NCBI RefSeq assembly: GCF_006345805.1
Contig: NC_043016.1
Coordinates: 13,516,001 to 13,580,000 of the forward strand
Origin: Octopus sinensis
Lineage: Eukaryota
Direction: 5' to 3'
DNA length: 64,000 nt
Of this stretch, positions 62,879 to 64,000 are shown piece by piece. Position 1 is the first letter of the stretch. Each line of letters starts with the position of its first letter. A model generated the notes under the pieces. It saw only the letters and a program-made list of their open reading frames with translations, had not been told where the DNA came from and did no database searches. A program made the translations under genes and the position numbers.

Positions 62879-64000
62879 CATATACATACACACACACATA
62901 CATATATATATATGCATACATATGTGCATGTGTGTGTGTCTTTGAGTCTATGTCATGTTCCTTCACCACCACTTGACAATTGGTGTCGGTGCATTTATGC
63001 TTCCATGACTTAGTGGTTCAGCATAAGAGACCAATAGAATAAGCACCAGGCTTAAAAGAATAAAAAGAAATGCTGGGGTCAATTCATTCAACTAAAATTC
63101 TTCATGGCCACAGGTAATCACTGAAACAAGTTAAACATAAAAGACCTTTGGTGTATGGGCCCAGGTCATCTATGATAAAGTGAACCCATGGCAGGCAGGT
63201 AATCGGCTGAATGACAAAGTGTTTCTATTGTTCCAGATATCTTCCTCTCCAGAGAGATCATATTTCTATCTAGCTGAGGATTTCAATGAAAACTTCATTC
63301 CACAATAATCATTGAAATTCTACAAAGCTCAGGCGAACTCCACAATGAAGCATTGCTCTCTGCTCCTTGAATCTGGATGACTAAAGCCCCTGACATATAT
63401 ATCTTATCAATATATATTTGCATTAAAGTACAACTTTGTGGAGCAAATTGAAGTTATTTATGCAGCTCCTACTTCTTTTTTTAGCTGTATTCAGTTATAT
63501 CGATTTGGCCAAAGTAGAACAGGATAGTATTTTTTTAGGACAAAGTTGTAAATATATGTTTGTTTGAAGATTATTGTAAATGTATTGGCAAAAGGTGTGT
63601 GGCCTAGTGGTTAGAGTGATGTACTCACCATCACCAGATTGTAGGTTCGATTTCCAGACCGGACAACATGTGTTTTTGAGCAAAACACTTCATTTCTCAT
63701 TGTTTTATTGCTGTGTGGAGAGCAGCAGGTCAAAGAATTAGACCCAGCATTTCCTATATATAACATAAAAAGTAACTAAAAGAAGTTGATGTAGGATTTG
63801 CACTCTAACCTCATAAAACCCTCACCAACAATGCAAACAGACCCATGAGTTGGAAGGTTGTCACCTGAGTGATGCAAAGGTGTCATCCACCAAGAGAAGG
63901 GTAACACCAACAAATGGTGAATGCTGCAACATGCTACTACATCACATGCCCCTATACTATGACTACTACTGCTACTACAATTGGCAGAAACTGTGAATAT

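Noticed and set aside
60650-64000. Upstream SIRT2 exons (GAGIS motif and N-terminus)
   Set aside because: Searched the minus strand and found no GAGIST-encoding exon; they probably lie beyond the window.

Overview
AT-rich, repeat-saturated animal genomic DNA. The SINE, microsatellite and transposon content resembles a coleoid cephalopod (octopus); this is an inference from repeat style, not a database match. One protein-coding gene can be rebuilt with confidence: a SIRT2-type NAD-dependent deacylase on the minus strand, with 11 phase-consistent coding exons from 60647 down to a stop at 40818. Its N-terminal exons, including the GAGIS motif, were not found and probably lie beyond 64000. The rest is tRNA-derived SINEs (informal families A-D), Penelope-like (PLE), RTE, CR1 and RLE retroelement remnants, mariner/Tc1, hAT, piggyBac-type MITEs, two non-autonomous Helitrons, a 36 x 93-bp satellite made from a SINE tail, and very long microsatellites. 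The most unusual signal is a set of fold-back (inverted-repeat) retroelements carrying hammerhead ribozyme motifs. One is a ~324-bp near-perfect palindrome with an intact type I hammerhead on each strand (11539-11862); another is a head-to-head pair of tRNA-headed SINEs whose tails carry hammerhead cores (34871-35605). SIRT2 also shows a triplicated 5' splice site and a possible alternative last exon encoding a hydrophobic tail. Orphan exon candidates and two promoter-like islands in the left half are reported at low confidence. Coordinates were counted by hand; repeat boundaries may be off by some bases.
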